Source: Synechococcus sp. (lineage in GTDB: Bacteria; Cyanobacteriota; Cyanobacteriia; PCC-6307; Cyanobiaceae). Taken from it: a DNA stretch of 64,000 nt. Position 1 is the first letter of the stretch. Each line of letters opens with the position of its first letter. The notes beneath the pieces were generated by a model. It searched no databases and was not told the origin of the DNA. It saw nothing but the letters and a program-made list of their open reading frames with translations. Where the stretch lies: positions 2,272,136-2,336,135 of the forward strand of contig JBJBDC010000001.1 of assembly GCA_047285535.1 (NCBI GenBank), in the 5' to 3' direction. A program made the position numbers and the translations under genes. This document shows positions 19,897 to 32,104 of this stretch, in pieces.

Positions 19897-21765
19897 CTAG
19901 TTGTCCAGCTCCACATCCAACACCTGACCGTTAAAAAAATCGGCAAATCGCTTCACCTTCTCATCCATGATTGAGGGTTCGCTTTCGTCTGCAGATGCAA
20001 GCGGGGTAGAAACCTTTGCCTGCTCTGCGGCCGCTTCTTTGGTGTCTGTTGAGACAACGGGTTGCTGAAGCGCAATGGGTCTTGGAGTTGCAGCTGGCGG
20101 TGAGGGTGCAGCAGGGATTGCTGTTGGAGATGGAGATGCTGTTGGTTTTGTTTCAGAAGGCTTTGGATTGGCAATGGGCTTGGTTGGTGTGGAAGGTGGG
20201 GTTGAGGCCATAGGTGCCACACCGCCATGGTTTTCCAGGACGAGTTGTCGATTCCCACCGACAGCACGCTTGATGGCTTGCTCCAGCAAGCTCGCCCTGC
20301 TTTGCACCATCCCCATCCAATTCCCGGCGACTTGCACTACTGCTCGATGGGGATCAAGCCGGACCAGTTGGGCCTGCTGTGACAGAAGCATTCGGGTGGA
20401 TGGGAGCTCGAGACTGGCCAGAATCTGTTGCCATAGTTCAGGCAGATTGTTGGTCTCAGGTGCTGTGGCTGGTTCTGGGGTTGATGCCGCGGAAAGCTCT
20501 GCCTTGACGACGGGTTGTGGATCCGTGTTGGGAAGGCTGATCGATGCTGCCACTGCCTCAACTGTGGATGCCCCCGCTGAGCGGGAGGGGGCAGCTGCAG
20601 GGACTGAGGGCGCACTGGTGCTTGATGCAGTGACTTGTTGAGTGCTGACTGGCGACACAACTTTGGTCTGGGCTTCGGCGAGTAGACCCAGCAGCAGCAC
20701 TTCCAGCCACAGCCTTGGCTGGACGCTTTGACGTAGTTGTTGCTCGGTGCCTTTGAGTTGTGCCTGCCAGTGCAGCAGTCGCTGACGACCAAGGCGTTTT
20801 GCTAGGGGAGGCAATTGATCCCGAAATTGTGGTGAGACCCCGGTGAGTTCCGGACGATCTGGTGCGGCGGTCATTAACACCAGATCGCGAAGAATGCCTG
20901 CAAGGCCCTGAAGCACAGCGCCTGGGTCTCGACCACGATCCAAGAGGCGTCTGCTCGCTTCCAGAAGGGTGAGGGGTTCTCCCTCTGCAAGCGATTCAGC
21001 CAGGTTGATCAACTCCTGTTCCGGAACAGCTCCCAATAGGTCCCAGACGGAATCAGCTTCGATTGGACCTGGAAGAAGGCTGAGCTGATCCAGAAGGCTT
21101 TCGGCATCGCGCAGTCCGCCTTGGGCGCGCTGGGCGATCACATGCAACGCTTCTTCTTCGATGGGAATGGATTCCTGTTCGGCAATCCAGGCCAAGTGCT
21201 TGTTCAGGGCTTCGAGAGGAATTCGCCTGAAATCAAACCGCTGGCAGCGGCTGAGGATCGTGGGTAGCACCCGTTGTGGGTCGGTCGTGGCCAAGACGAA
21301 CACCACTTGTGGTGGTGGTTCTTCCAGCGTTTTGAGCAGTGCATTAAATGCGGCTGTGGAGAGCATGTGGCACTCATCCACCACGTAAACCTTCCAGCGC
21401 CCTTGGACGGGTGCAAATCGAGAGCGTTCGATCAGATCACGAATGTTGTCAACACCGGTGTTGGAGGCGGCATCGATCTCGATGACATCGAGCGCGGTGC
21501 CTCGAGCAATCGTGGTGCAGAGCTCACAGGTACCGCAGGGTTGAGGTGTGGGGCCGTCATGGCTGAGACAATTGAGTGAGCGGGCCAGGATCCTGGCACT
21601 GGAGGTTTTTCCCGTGCCGCGTGGACCACTGAAGAGATAAGCGGGGGCAATCCTTCCAGATGAAAGCGCATGGCCGAGTGTGGTGGCAATCGCTTCCTGG
21701 CCCACCAGCTGGTCAAACCGTTGAGGACGGTATTTGTGATGCAGCGGCTGATAGGCCTGACTCAT
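19897..21765 (-). CDS. dnaX: DNA polymerase III subunit gamma/tau
   Basis: KYRPQRF, GPRGTGKT, EIDAASN, DECHML and SRCQ. Confidence 0.97.
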   Translation of the reverse strand: MSQAYQPLHHKYRPQRFDQLVGQEAIATTLGHALSSGRIAPAYLFSGPRGTGKTSSARILARSLNCLSHDGPTPQPCGTCELCTTIARGTALDVIEIDAASNTGVDNIRDLIERSRFAPVQGRWKVYVVDECHMLSTAAFNALLKTLEEPPPQVVFVLATTDPQRVLPTILSRCQRFDFRRIPLEALNKHLAWIAEQESIPIEEEALHVIAQRAQGGLRDAESLLDQLSLLPGPIEADSVWDLLGAVPEQELINLAESLAEGEPLTLLEASRRLLDRGRDPGAVLQGLAGILRDLVLMTAAPDRPELTGVSPQFRDQLPPLAKRLGRQRLLHWQAQLKGTEQQLRQSVQPRLWLEVLLLGLLAEAQTKVVSPVSTQQVTASSTSAPSVPAAAPSRSAGASTVEAVAASISLPNTDPQPVVKAELSAASTPEPATAPETNNLPELWQQILASLELPSTRMLLSQQAQLVRLDPHRAVVQVAGNWMGMVQSRASLLEQAIKRAVGGNRQLVLENHGGVAPMASTPPSTPTKPIANPKPSETKPTASPSPTAIPAAPSPPAATPRPIALQQPVVSTDTKEAAAEQAKVSTPLASADESEPSIMDEKVKRFADFFNGQVLDVELDN

Positions 21766-21788
21766 GCACGACCCGCGATACCGTGAGG

Positions 21789-22484
21789 CTACTCAGCTGC
21801 ATCGCTGGTGGAACCCTCATGGCGGTCGTTGAGTAAATTGCTGATGCGTTGTTCGAGCTCTTCAACGGCAGCCAGCTCATCAGCCAGGCTTTGGCCAGCT
21901 TGAATTAGCTTCAAGCTCTTTCCGCTGTAGCGATTGGTTGCGCCATTGTTGGGCCCCCCACGAATCCAGCCTTCAGCTTGTTCAAGAGTTCCTTCCAATT
22001 GTTCGAGCAAGGTCTGACGAAGCTCCTTCAGCTGGATTAGGCCGCGACGAGCGCGGGCCCGTGATTGTTCATTGACTAAACCTCGCTTCAGCAGCAGCCG
22101 GAGTCCTGTGAGAAGAGCAGCAGGCATGAGCTGGCCCAAGGCCAAAGCGCCGAGGCTGGTGGTATGCAGTAAGTTCTCAACTTGTCCACTTTGATGACGG
22201 CCAGTTTTGCACCAGCTGGCAAAGTGTTCGCAGTTGTTGAACAGCAGGTTGTAGCGCTGTTCGCCGATGCGGCTCATGGCTCGTCGAAGGGTGACGCCTA
22301 CGGGTGATGGATGGTCATGCTCAACGACACTGATCTCAAGCCCGCGTTTGAAGTCTGCCAACGGACTACGCAAAATTTCTCGCCCTTCGAGGTAGTGGGC
22401 AATGGTTCCATCGCCTAGATCGATGCCGTGATGCAAGAAAAGACCGTGCTGGCGAGGAACAGAAAGGTGGTCAGCGGCGGACAT
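21789..22484 (-). CDS. LRAT/NC-domain family protein
   Basis: HHGIDLGDG and YNLLFNNCEHFA. Confidence 0.88.
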   Translation of the reverse strand: MSAADHLSVPRQHGLFLHHGIDLGDGTIAHYLEGREILRSPLADFKRGLEISVVEHDHPSPVGVTLRRAMSRIGEQRYNLLFNNCEHFASWCKTGRHQSGQVENLLHTTSLGALALGQLMPAALLTGLRLLLKRGLVNEQSRARARRGLIQLKELRQTLLEQLEGTLEQAEGWIRGGPNNGATNRYSGKSLKLIQAGQSLADELAAVEELEQRISNLLNDRHEGSTSDAAE

Positions 22485-22496
22485 TCACGTTGAAGC

Positions 22497-23852
22497 TCAG
22501 GCTGATTCTTTGTGCTGGTTGTTGCCGGGCAGGGGAAGAACTTTGCCACCTGTGTTCTCTTCGACCATCGCTTTGGTAATGGTGAAGTTGGTAATGGTTT
22601 GATCGGAAGGCAGCTCGTACATCACATCGAGCATCAACTCCTCAACGATGCCGCGCAAGGCGCGCGCGCCGGTTTTACGTCGGTGGGCTTCTTTGGCAAT
22701 CGCTTCAACAGCTTGGGCTTCGAAGTCCAACTGCACGTTGTCCATGCTCAGCAGGGTCCTGAATTGCTTCACTAGCGCATCACGCGGTTCGGTCAGGATT
22801 GATTCGAGAGCACGTTCATCTAAAGGTTCGAGCACAGCGCTGACGGGCATGCGTCCGATGAACTCCGGGATCAGTCCATACTTCACTAGATCATCCGGTT
22901 CGAGGTGACGGAGCACTTGCGCCGCTTGAATATCACGGGTGGCGCGGTTGCGGCCCCGTCCATCGTTGGGCACAAAGCCGATGGCATTGCGCCCCATACG
23001 CTTTTGCACCACGTCATCAAGCCCAACAAAGGCTCCACCGCAAATGAAGAGGATTTGACTTGTGTCGATCTGGATGCAGTCCTGATAGGGGTGCTTGCGG
23101 CCGCCTTGGGGCGGCACGTTGGCCACAGTGCCTTCGAGCATTTTCAGGAGGGCCTGTTGCACGCCTTCGCCTGATACGTCACGGGTGATCGAAGGGTTTT
23201 CGCTTTTCCGAGCGATCTTGTCGATTTCATCGATATAAATAATTCCCCGCTGGGCTTGGTCAACATCCATATCTGCTTTCTGCAGGAGCCGTAGAAGAAT
23301 ATTTTCAACGTCTTCACCGACGTAGCCAGCCTCTGTGAGGGTTGTGGCATCGGCAACGGCGAAGGGCACATCGAGCATTTCTGCCAGGGTTTGGGCCAGC
23401 AGGGTCTTGCCACATCCCGTAGGACCAATCAGCAGGATATTGCTCTTGTGCAGGCGGGTGGCCGTTTGTGCCGTTTCTCCTTCTCCATCACCTTGCCAAG
23501 CCAGACGTTTGTAATGGTTGTAAACGGCAACAGACATCACCTTTTTGGCCGCTTCCTGGCCCACCACCTGTTCGTCGAGGAAACTCTTGATGTGCTGAGG
23601 CTTTGGAATCGTGGCCAGCGTTGGAGCAGGTTTACTGGGTTTGCTAGTTCCTCCTGCAGCAGCTTTTTTGGAGGGTTCAGTCCCGTGACGGGGGTTCCCC
23701 TGAGCATCGATCAGTTCTTCATCAAGGATCTCGTTGCAGAGATCAATGCACTCATCACAGATATAGACCCCAGGACCGGCGATCAGTTTTCGAACTTGCT
23801 CCTGGGACTTTCCGCAGAAGGAGCACTTCAGATGGGCGTCGAATTTGGCCAT
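22497..23852 (-). CDS. clpX: ATP-dependent Clp protease ATP-binding subunit ClpX
   Basis: CSFCGKS zinc finger, [16 protein letters not shown] and [13 protein letters not shown]. Confidence 0.98.
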   Translation of the reverse strand: MAKFDAHLKCSFCGKSQEQVRKLIAGPGVYICDECIDLCNEILDEELIDAQGNPRHGTEPSKKAAAGGTSKPSKPAPTLATIPKPQHIKSFLDEQVVGQEAAKKVMSVAVYNHYKRLAWQGDGEGETAQTATRLHKSNILLIGPTGCGKTLLAQTLAEMLDVPFAVADATTLTEAGYVGEDVENILLRLLQKADMDVDQAQRGIIYIDEIDKIARKSENPSITRDVSGEGVQQALLKMLEGTVANVPPQGGRKHPYQDCIQIDTSQILFICGGAFVGLDDVVQKRMGRNAIGFVPNDGRGRNRATRDIQAAQVLRHLEPDDLVKYGLIPEFIGRMPVSAVLEPLDERALESILTEPRDALVKQFRTLLSMDNVQLDFEAQAVEAIAKEAHRRKTGARALRGIVEELMLDVMYELPSDQTITNFTITKAMVEENTGGKVLPLPGNNQHKESA

Positions 23853-23940
23853 CGGGCTCTGGTCACGTCAAACGGAAAGACAGAACCGGTCGGAGTGGGA
23901 TCGGACTGAGTACGTAGGATCGTTGAGAAAGTGGGCTCTG

Positions 23941-24630
23941 TCAGCCCCCCGTAATGATTCCTTCGCTCCCAAGGTTGTCCACCACGCGATCGATCAAACC
24001 GTATTCAACCGCTTCTGCGGGAGAAAGAAAGTAGTCCCTCTCTGTATCTTCAGTGATTTTGGCGAGTGGTTGGCCCGTATGTTCTGCCATTAGGCCGTTA
24101 AGGGTTTCTTTAAGAAATAAGATTTCCTGAGCCATGATTTCAATGTCGACGGCCTGTCCTTGAGCACCGCCAAGGGGCTGATGAATCATGATCCTCGCGT
24201 TAGGAAGGGCTAATCGTTTGCCTTTGCATCCTCCGCTGAGCAAAAACGCTCCCATGGAAGCAGCTAGGCCGTAGCAGATCGTGACAACGTCTGGTGCTAC
24301 TTGCTGCATGGTGTCGTAGATCGCCAAACCAGCTGTAATCGATCCACCTGGTGAGTTGATGTAGACCTGAATGTCTTTTTCGGGATCTTCTGCTTCCAAA
24401 AAAAGCAGTTGTGCTACCAGGGCATCAGCCATTTGGTCATTGACGTCTGTCCCGAGAAAAATGATTCTCTCCCTGAGGAGACGGGAGTAAATGTCAAAGG
24501 AGCGTTCACCTCGCCCGGATTGCTCCACAACAGTGGGAACTCCAGGAGAAGCGGATGGGGTGTGAACTGAAACAGGAAGAGTTCCCTGCCAGCGATTCTG
24601 TATCGGATGTTGGCTGCAGGCGTTGATCAC
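23941..24630 (-). CDS. clpP: Clp protease proteolytic subunit
   Basis: [26 protein letters not shown] and MIHQP. Confidence 0.97.
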   Translation of the reverse strand: MINACSQHPIQNRWQGTLPVSVHTPSASPGVPTVVEQSGRGERSFDIYSRLLRERIIFLGTDVNDQMADALVAQLLFLEAEDPEKDIQVYINSPGGSITAGLAIYDTMQQVAPDVVTICYGLAASMGAFLLSGGCKGKRLALPNARIMIHQPLGGAQGQAVDIEIMAQEILFLKETLNGLMAEHTGQPLAKITEDTERDYFLSPAEAVEYGLIDRVVDNLGSEGIITGG

Positions 24631-24676
24631 GCGGCGGCGGGCGGGGGAAATGATGGAATCAATCTATGGCCGAAGA

Positions 24677-26026
24677 TCAGGCATCGGTGGAACTTGGCTT
24701 CTGCTGTTCAGGAGCTTTTTCGCTCACGGTGCAGTTTTCTTCGAGCCAACCCAGCAGTTTCTCTTGCAGAAGATCCTCAATGACAGCTTGACGAAGGCGC
24801 TTGGGATCGATGTCACGCTCTCCTGAGAGTTGGCCTTTGACCTCCTTCACTTTCGCGTCAATCTCGGGGTCCTCAAGCTTCAGGCTTTCGGCTTCCGCCA
24901 GGGCAGAGAGGGCGAGGCTGCGGCGCAAGCGCTCTTCTGCTTCAGGGCGTGAAGATTCCATCAGATTGCGGACCAGCTCTGGTGTGAAAAGGGATTTGAC
25001 ATCCATTCCCTGCTGTGAGAACTGAGCTGCGGTTTGTTCCACAAGGTTGCGAATCTCCTGTTGCACCAGGGTCTCGGGAAGTTCAACTTCGAGTTCCTTC
25101 ACCAGTGCGGCAAGCAGGGCGTCGCGACGGTTGCTGGTGGTGCGACGCTCAGCGTCATCCTTCAAGCGCTTCTCTAGGTCGGCACGGAGTTCGGCCAGAG
25201 TCTCCTGCTCGCTGGCTTGTTTTGCGAAGTCATCATCTAGGTCAGGGAGTTCTCTCGTCTTTAGATCCTTGAGTTCGATCTCGAAGCTGGCCTTGCGTCC
25301 GCGGGCGTCTTCTTTTGGGTAATCCTCAGGAAAGTTGCAGGCAACGGTTTTGCTATCGCCAATCTGCATCCCCACCACACCCTCAATGAAGCCTGGGATC
25401 ATGCGGCCATGCTCGAGGTCTACATCCATCGAATCGGAGGTGCCACCTTCGATCTCACTACCGTCATCGCTGTAGGTGCCCTTAAAGCCAACCACTGCGA
25501 TATCGCCTGCCTCAGCCTTGCGGCCTTCTACCGGGACCACAGTGGCGAGTTGACGACGGGACTGTTCCAACATTTCGTCGACTTTGGCGGCATCAAAACT
25601 GACGCTCTCCGCTTCAGCTTTGAGGCCTTTCGTGGCCTTCAGTGTCGGTGTGGGAGCCACATCGGCTTCAAAAGTGACCGACAGGGGCTTTCCAGGTTCA
25701 AAGGACTCCAGCAAGGCTTCGTAGCCGCCATCGACCTCGGGTTGGCTTAGCGCTTCAATCGTTTCCTGCTTGATGGTGTCACGCCAGATGCCGTCAACGA
25801 GATTCTCGAGCGCGGTTGCGCGAATGCGCAGTCCGCCAAGTTGTTGCACCAGAACTGAGCGTGGCACTTTTCCTTTGCGGAATCCAGGCAAATTCACGCT
25901 GCGGCTGAGCTGTGAGATCGCCGCTTCGTAACTGGCCTTACTGCGTTCGGCTGGAATCTCTACTTCAACGGACAGTCGGCTGCCTGGGCGGGCTTTGGAG
26001 GTGACCTTCAGGCTGGCGGCACTCAT
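24677..26026 (-). CDS. tig: Trigger factor
   Basis: PGFRKGKVP motif and FKBP-like MIPGFIEG / FPEDY. Confidence 0.97.
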   Translation of the reverse strand: MSAASLKVTSKARPGSRLSVEVEIPAERSKASYEAAISQLSRSVNLPGFRKGKVPRSVLVQQLGGLRIRATALENLVDGIWRDTIKQETIEALSQPEVDGGYEALLESFEPGKPLSVTFEADVAPTPTLKATKGLKAEAESVSFDAAKVDEMLEQSRRQLATVVPVEGRKAEAGDIAVVGFKGTYSDDGSEIEGGTSDSMDVDLEHGRMIPGFIEGVVGMQIGDSKTVACNFPEDYPKEDARGRKASFEIELKDLKTRELPDLDDDFAKQASEQETLAELRADLEKRLKDDAERRTTSNRRDALLAALVKELEVELPETLVQQEIRNLVEQTAAQFSQQGMDVKSLFTPELVRNLMESSRPEAEERLRRSLALSALAEAESLKLEDPEIDAKVKEVKGQLSGERDIDPKRLRQAVIEDLLQEKLLGWLEENCTVSEKAPEQQKPSSTDA

Positions 26027-26200
26027 CGGCGTCGGTTAAAAGCAGAATTAACACTTTAATTAAGTGCCTGTCCGATGCCATCCGCGTAGGCTGGATACAA
26101 CGCCTAGGCAGTTCCCTTCGTCTTTACAACGGCAGGAATTGATGCAGTGGGTGGCAAGTAGCCACCACTAACTCCAGATTTTTGTTCCGGTTTCATTCGC

Positions 26201-27232
26201 TTGATTTCCGCCGCACTATTTCCCAATCGACCGCTCACCGTTGCTGTGCTTGGTGCCAGTGGTGCTGTAGGGCAGGAGCTCCTTCAGCTTCTGGAGGAAA
26301 GGACCTTTCCTGTGGCTGAACTGAGGCTTCTTGCTTCAGCTCGTTCGGCTGGAAGTTCCTATCAATGGAAGGGCCAGAAGCTCACCGTTCAAGAAACCAG
26401 AGAAGAGGCTTTTGAGGGTGTGGATTTGGTCCTCGCCTCTGCAGGCGGCTCCGTTTCAAAGGCTTGGCGTGAGGTGATTGTGGCTTCAGGAGCCGTAATG
26501 GTCGACAACTCCAGTGCTTTCCGTATGGAGGAGGGTGTACCTCTTGTGGTGCCAGAGGTGAATCCCACTGCGGTGCAGGAGCACCATGGCGTCATCGCTA
26601 ATCCAAACTGCACCACGATTTTGCTCAGTTTGGCGTTGGCACCATTAGCGGCGCGGCGGACTCTTCGCCGCGTGGTGGTCAGTACCTATCAATCGGCTAG
26701 CGGCGCCGGTGCCCGTGCCATGGATGAGCTCTGTGATCTTTCCCGTGTGGTGCTTGATGGTGGCACCCCCATCAGCGAGGTGTTGCCGCATTCGCTTGCT
26801 TTCAATCTCTTTTTGCACAATTCCCCTCTTCAGGCCAACGGATACTGCGAAGAGGAGTTGAAGATGGTTCATGAAACCCGCAAAATCATGGGCATTCCCG
26901 ATTTGCGTTTCACTGCAACTTGTGTGCGAGTTCCGGTTCTGCGCGCTCATTCAGAAGCGGTGAATGTGGAATTCCATGAGCCCTTTTCTGTAGAGGAGGC
27001 TCGTTCACTCCTTGCGGCTGCTCCTGGTCTTGAGGTACTCGAAGATATCGATCACAATCGTTTTCCAATGCCCACCGATGTGACTGGTCGAGATCCGGTG
27101 ATGGTGGGGCGTATTCGCCAGGACATCAGTGAGGAGAACGCTCTCGAGTTTTGGTTATGTGGCGATCAGATCCGTAAAGGGGCCGCTCTGAATGCCATCC
27201 AAATTGCTGAACTGCTTCTTCCCTCAGGCTGA
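26201..27232 (+). CDS. asd: Aspartate-semialdehyde dehydrogenase
   Basis: [31 protein letters not shown] and KGAALNA. Confidence 0.97.
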   Translation: MISAALFPNRPLTVAVLGASGAVGQELLQLLEERTFPVAELRLLASARSAGSSYQWKGQKLTVQETREEAFEGVDLVLASAGGSVSKAWREVIVASGAVMVDNSSAFRMEEGVPLVVPEVNPTAVQEHHGVIANPNCTTILLSLALAPLAARRTLRRVVVSTYQSASGAGARAMDELCDLSRVVLDGGTPISEVLPHSLAFNLFLHNSPLQANGYCEEELKMVHETRKIMGIPDLRFTATCVRVPVLRAHSEAVNVEFHEPFSVEEARSLLAAAPGLEVLEDIDHNRFPMPTDVTGRDPVMVGRIRQDISEENALEFWLCGDQIRKGAALNAIQIAELLLPSG

Positions 27233-27237
27233 TTTAT

Positions 27238-28146
27238 ATGAGTCTCGCTGCTGAACTTTCTCCGACTCCCTTTGGCCGTTTGTTAACGGCCATGGTGACT
27301 CCCTTTGATTCAAACGGACGCCTGGATCTGGCCTTGGCGGGTCGGCTGGCTCGACATCTTGTGGATGAAGGCTCCGATGGCATTGTCGTCTGCGGCACTA
27401 CAGGCGAATCGCCTACGCTGACCTGGCAGGAACAAGTCAAGATGTTGGAGGCGGTCCGTCAAGCGGTGGGCCCTGACGTGAATGTATTGGCAGGCACCGG
27501 AAGCAACAGCACGAGTGAAGCGGTAAAGGCCACGCGAGAAGCGGAGGCTGCTGGCGCTGATGGAGCACTTGTCGTTGTTCCCTATTACAACAAGCCCCCG
27601 CAAGAAGGCTTGGAAGCTCATTTTCGAGCCATCGCCACGTCGGCCCCTGAACTGCCGCTGATGCTTTACAACGTGCCTGGTCGAACTGGATCGAACATGG
27701 CTGCAAGCACGGCTGCTCAACTGATGGATTGCGCCAATGTGGTGAGCTTCAAAGCCGCCAGTGGTTCGATCGAGGAAGTGACCAACTTGCGTCTGGCCTG
27801 TGGACCTCATCTGGCTGTCTACAGCGGCGATGATGGCTTGCTTCTTCCGATGTTGTCTGCTGGTGCTGTGGGTGTGGTGAGTGTGGCCAGTCATGTCGTT
27901 GGCAAGCGTTTGCGCCACATGATTGATGCGTTTTTCAATGGTCAGAATGCCGTTGCTCTTGGTCAGCACGAGCAGTTGACGCCGCTGTTCAAGGCTCTTT
28001 TTGCCACCTCCAACCCCATCCCTGTGAAAGCTGCTCTCGAGCTGAGTGGATGGCCTGTGGGTGCTCCTCGTCTTCCTTTACTACCTCTTAATTCAGCCAT
28101 GCGCGATTCCTTAGCCGACCTGCTCACTGCCCTGCGTCAAACCTGA
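27238..28146 (+). CDS. dapA: 4-hydroxy-tetrahydrodipicolinate synthase
   Basis: [21 protein letters not shown] and NPIPVK. Confidence 0.97.
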   Translation: MSLAAELSPTPFGRLLTAMVTPFDSNGRLDLALAGRLARHLVDEGSDGIVVCGTTGESPTLTWQEQVKMLEAVRQAVGPDVNVLAGTGSNSTSEAVKATREAEAAGADGALVVVPYYNKPPQEGLEAHFRAIATSAPELPLMLYNVPGRTGSNMAASTAAQLMDCANVVSFKAASGSIEEVTNLRLACGPHLAVYSGDDGLLLPMLSAGAVGVVSVASHVVGKRLRHMIDAFFNGQNAVALGQHEQLTPLFKALFATSNPIPVKAALELSGWPVGAPRLPLLPLNSAMRDSLADLLTALRQT

Positions 28147-28198
28147 CGTTCCGGCTGCTGATTCAGATTTTTCTTTTTTAAATCCTTCGCGACATTGA

Positions 28199-30247
28199 TT
28201 GATGACATCCACCGTTTCCAAAACCAAGCAGGCCAGCCTTCGTGTGATTCCACTGGGTGGTTTGCATGAGATCGGCAAGAACACTTGTGTGTTCGAGTAC
28301 GGCAATGATCTGATGCTGGTGGATGCCGGTTTGGCGTTTCCCAGTGATGGCATGCACGGAGTGAACGTGGTGCTGCCCGACACCAGCTTCCTGCGTGAAA
28401 ACCAGAGTCGGATTAGGGGAATGATCGTGACTCACGGTCACGAAGATCACATCGGTGGGATTGCTCATCATCTCAAGCATTTCAATATCCCCGTTATCTA
28501 TGGGCCCCGTTTGGCCCTGTCCATGCTCACCGGAAAGATGGATGAGGCTGGCGTGACCGACCGCACCACCCTCCAAACGGTGGGTCCCAGAGACGTGGTG
28601 AAGGTGGGACAGCACTTCTCGGTGGAGTTCATTCGCAACACCCACTCGATGGCTGACAGCTTTTCGCTGGCGATCAGCACCCCGGTGGGAACTGTGATTT
28701 TCACCGGTGACTTCAAGTTTGATCACACCCCAGTCGATGGTGAGCACTTCGACCTGGCCCGTCTTGCCCATCACGGTGATCAGGGTGTCCTTTGCCTGTT
28801 CAGTGATTCCACAAATGCTGAGGTGCCTGGCTTCTGTCCGCCTGAGCGTTCGGTGTTTCCCAACTTGGATCGCCATATCGCGGAAGCGGAAGGGCGGGTG
28901 ATCATCACCACCTTCGCCAGCTCGATTCATCGCGTTTCGATGATTCTGGAGTTAGCACTTAAAAATGGCCGCAAAGTGGGGCTGCTTGGGCGCTCGATGC
29001 TGAATGTGATCGCGAAGGCCCGTGAACTTGGCTACATGCGTGCACCAGATGAATTATTCGTGCCGATCAAGCAGATCAATGATGTGCCAGATCGCGAGAC
29101 ACTCTTACTGATGACTGGCAGCCAGGGGGAACCCTTGGCCGCTTTGAGCCGGATCTCCCGTGGTGATCACCCTCAAGTGAAGGTCAAAACCACAGACACG
29201 ATCATTTTCTCTGCGAGCCCGATTCCAGGCAACACCATTTCGGTGGTGAACACGATCGACAAGTTAATGATGCTGGGCGCCAAGGTGGTGTACGGCAAGG
29301 GCGAAGGCATCCATGTTTCTGGGCATGGTTTCCAAGAAGATCAGAAGCTGATGTTGGCGTTGACCCGTCCGAAGTATTTCGTGCCCGTGCATGGTGAGCA
29401 CCGCATGCTGGTGAAACATGCCCGCACCGGCCATTCGATGGGCGTGCCTGAAAACAACACGCTGATTATCAACAACGGTGATGTCGTTGAACTCACTCCA
29501 GATTCGATTCGGAAAGGGGATCCGGTCAAAGCAGGCATTGAGCTGCTCGATCAGTCCCGCAATGGAATCGTTGATGCCCGTGTTCTGAAGGAGCGTCAGC
29601 AGCTCGCCGAAGACGGCATCGTGACAATCTTGGCTGCAATTAGCACTGATGGGGCGATGGTGGCTCCACCCCGCGTCAACTTGCGAGGAGTTGTCACCAC
29701 AGCGGATGCGCGAAAGATGTCCCTTTGGACCGAGCGGGAAATCAAATGGGTGCTGGAAAATCGCTGGAAGCAGCTCTGCCGCCAGCTCGATGGATCGTCG
29801 CCTGAAGTGGATTGGATGGGCGTGCAGCGTGAGGTGGAGGTGGGCTTAGGGCGACGCATGCGCCGCGAAATGCAGGTGGAGCCCTTGATCCTTTGTCTTG
29901 TGCAGCCTGCACCTGGTGGCACACCGGTTTACAAAGGTCGGGCAGATTCGGAGCCTGATACCAGGCCTGTATCCCGCGGTCGCGGTGGACGACATGGCGG
30001 TCATGGCAATGGTCAGGTCCGTCGTGATCGGAATGCGACCCCGGCTCGCGTCGTGCCTTCCCGTGTCGTTGGAACACCGGCTCCAGCACCGGCACCGGCA
30101 ACCTCTGCTCCACCAGTGACGCCAGCAACCTCTACAACTGCAATGAAAGAACCGGTTGCAGCTTCCGCAGCTGTGGATGTCACTCCTTCTCCAGAGCAGG
30201 AGATGCCTGCTGGCCGCACCCGTCGACGCCGTTCAGCTGCGGCGTAG
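28199..30247 (+). CDS. rnj: Ribonuclease J
   Basis: GGLHEIGKN, THGHEDHIG, GSQGEP, HVSGH and PVHGE; low-complexity C-terminal tail. Confidence 0.96.
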   Translation: MMTSTVSKTKQASLRVIPLGGLHEIGKNTCVFEYGNDLMLVDAGLAFPSDGMHGVNVVLPDTSFLRENQSRIRGMIVTHGHEDHIGGIAHHLKHFNIPVIYGPRLALSMLTGKMDEAGVTDRTTLQTVGPRDVVKVGQHFSVEFIRNTHSMADSFSLAISTPVGTVIFTGDFKFDHTPVDGEHFDLARLAHHGDQGVLCLFSDSTNAEVPGFCPPERSVFPNLDRHIAEAEGRVIITTFASSIHRVSMILELALKNGRKVGLLGRSMLNVIAKARELGYMRAPDELFVPIKQINDVPDRETLLLMTGSQGEPLAALSRISRGDHPQVKVKTTDTIIFSASPIPGNTISVVNTIDKLMMLGAKVVYGKGEGIHVSGHGFQEDQKLMLALTRPKYFVPVHGEHRMLVKHARTGHSMGVPENNTLIINNGDVVELTPDSIRKGDPVKAGIELLDQSRNGIVDARVLKERQQLAEDGIVTILAAISTDGAMVAPPRVNLRGVVTTADARKMSLWTEREIKWVLENRWKQLCRQLDGSSPEVDWMGVQREVEVGLGRRMRREMQVEPLILCLVQPAPGGTPVYKGRADSEPDTRPVSRGRGGRHGGHGNGQVRRDRNATPARVVPSRVVGTPAPAPAPATSAPPVTPATSTTAMKEPVAASAAVDVTPSPEQEMPAGRTRRRRSAAA

Positions 30248-31000
30248 GGAACGCCAAGCCAACCCCAGTCTCTTGTGCCACCGAGGTTGAGGTTTTTGGT
30301 TGTCCATAGCCGATCGTGTCGGAGTCGATTCGAGGTCTTGGGTGCCCTTCAAGGTTACGCGCAGTAGCCCTGCTTCCAATCGAGTGGGGTCGATCTCAAA
30401 CTGGCGATCGACCGATGCGGGTGAAGTCTCTTGAGGGATTCGTACCAAGGGGTCTTCAGCATGCTGTTTTGCTTTGTTGAGTTGTCTTGGTTCATCAGCT
30501 TCTTTCTTCAGCCAAGGGATAGCGGTGTTCGTCTCTTCAGCGCCGCGTCCTCCCGAGGTTGCATGCGTTGAGCTGGAGTTCAAAAATGGATCACGAATCA
30601 GATCATTACTCGCTGGTTGCTTCGCTGCCTCGTTTGATTGAGCTGATTCATCTTCAGCAGCAGCAGAAACAGAAACATCAACGACAGGTGATCGCTCTAG
30701 GGCTTCGTTGAGGCCTTGTTGGGCAAGCTCTCTGAGGGTGTCTTGCGGTTCGCTGGCCAGCACGAGCCTGTAAAACTCTGTCCCCTGGCTGACATCGTCC
30801 TTTCCATAGAGGTGGATGTGGCCGAGCAGCAGTGCCACAAAGGCACGCCAGGCCAGGGTGGCCTCCCGTTCAGCTCCTGAGGACGGCAGAGGGTCCAGCT
30901 TCCCTAGCAGTTGTCGTGCCACATCTTCTGCTTTGCTGAAATCGCCGGCGCTGTAGGCCTGCTCAGCGATGACGTATTGCTCTTGAAAGTCAGCGTCCAA
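30233..31000 (-). CDS. Hypothetical protein with TPR-like N-terminus
   Basis: 255-aa ORF with a helical N-terminal region (AEQAYSAGDF, ALLLGHIHLYG). Confidence 0.7.
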   Translation of the reverse strand: MDADFQEQYVIAEQAYSAGDFSKAEDVARQLLGKLDPLPSSGAEREATLAWRAFVALLLGHIHLYGKDDVSQGTEFYRLVLASEPQDTLRELAQQGLNEALERSPVVDVSVSAAAEDESAQSNEAAKQPASNDLIRDPFLNSSSTHATSGGRGAEETNTAIPWLKKEADEPRQLNKAKQHAEDPLVRIPQETSPASVDRQFEIDPTRLEAGLLRVTLKGTQDLESTPTRSAMDNQKPQPRWHKRLGLAWRSLRRS

Positions 31001-31009
31001 GCTTGTTTG

Positions 31010-32005
31010 TTATTGCTTGCCTTCCAGTTGTACTGAGTCTCGGGTCCATTGCAGAGTCATTTGCTCTGGCAAGGAGCGGCTGCCGGGGGGGCGGCCAGGG
31101 CCGATTGCCAGGCTCAATGCCTCCAGTTGGCGGAAGGAGAGTGTGCGAATGCCCTGTTGCTGAAACCAATGATGCAGCAGGAGTCTCCGAGTGGCTTCTG
31201 GGAAAGCCATGAGCCCGGAGCGTCTCAAACCGCGCTCACAGCGCAACTGTTCAAGGGCCAGTGTTGCGAGGATCCTTTGGGTCTCCTCCACTTGGGACAG
31301 GCCTTCACTGAGTTGGGCGATTCGTTGGCTGCAGCCGGGGTGCAAGTCCTCCAGCACCGGAAGAACCTCGTTGCGAATGCGGTTGCGGCTCAATGTTGGA
31401 TTGGCATTGGAAGGATCCAGCCAAACAGGCAGTTGCAGGTCTTGGCAGATTTGGGCTGTGTCCTTTCGGCTGAAGTTCAGCAGGGGTCTCACTAAACTTG
31501 GACTGGTTCGGTCCTTGTTCTGGAGCAGTCTGATCGGCCGCAGGCTGCAGAGGCCGGCAAGATGCGTCCCTCTGGCGAGTTGAAGCAGCAATGTTTCTGC
31601 TTGGTCGCTTGCGGTATGCGCAGTCAGCACACTTTGGCAGTGCAGATGTTGGCTCAGAGCGGCTAGTTCTTGGTACCGCCAGGTTCGGGCGCTGGCTTCT
31701 GTGCCAGTGGTCTTCGGGGTGCTGGTGCTGATGTGCAGGCGTAGGTTTTGCTCTTTGCACCACGCTGCCAATTCAGCGGCAATCGCTTCTGATTGATTGT
31801 GCCAGCCATGGTCACCATGCCAAAGCTGGAGGTGCCAGTGGTGTAGATGCTGCAGCCCCATGAGCAGGCCAAGTAAGGCCATGGAGTCCTGACCACCGGA
31901 GATGGCCAACAGCAACGTTGCCCCATTGGGAAGCAGGTCCTGCTGCCTCAGCAGTTGGCGGTGCAGTTTGTCGTGCCAGTGCAACCAGGATTTGCAGGCA
32001 GCCAT
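31010..32005 (-). CDS. tilS: tRNA(Ile)-lysidine synthetase
   Basis: SGGQDS, EASARTWRY, TAHTASDQAET, RPLL, DPSN and RNRIR. Confidence 0.95.
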   Translation of the reverse strand: MAACKSWLHWHDKLHRQLLRQQDLLPNGATLLLAISGGQDSMALLGLLMGLQHLHHWHLQLWHGDHGWHNQSEAIAAELAAWCKEQNLRLHISTSTPKTTGTEASARTWRYQELAALSQHLHCQSVLTAHTASDQAETLLLQLARGTHLAGLCSLRPIRLLQNKDRTSPSLVRPLLNFSRKDTAQICQDLQLPVWLDPSNANPTLSRNRIRNEVLPVLEDLHPGCSQRIAQLSEGLSQVEETQRILATLALEQLRCERGLRRSGLMAFPEATRRLLLHHWFQQQGIRTLSFRQLEALSLAIGPGRPPGSRSLPEQMTLQWTRDSVQLEGKQ

Positions 32006-32104
32006 TGCGAGGCCATCATGTAGAACGGCAGGGCATTGATCTTGCCTCTTCTCAGGCTTCATCACGCATGTGGTGTGAGAATGATGGAATCTGATTTCGC
32101 TGGG

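Noticed and set aside
20020..20660. Pro/Ala/Ser/Thr-rich stretch in dnaX as an insertion or repeat array
   Set aside because: It is an in-frame low-complexity linker typical of tau subunits, with no nucleotide-level repeat unit. The RNase J tail is similar.
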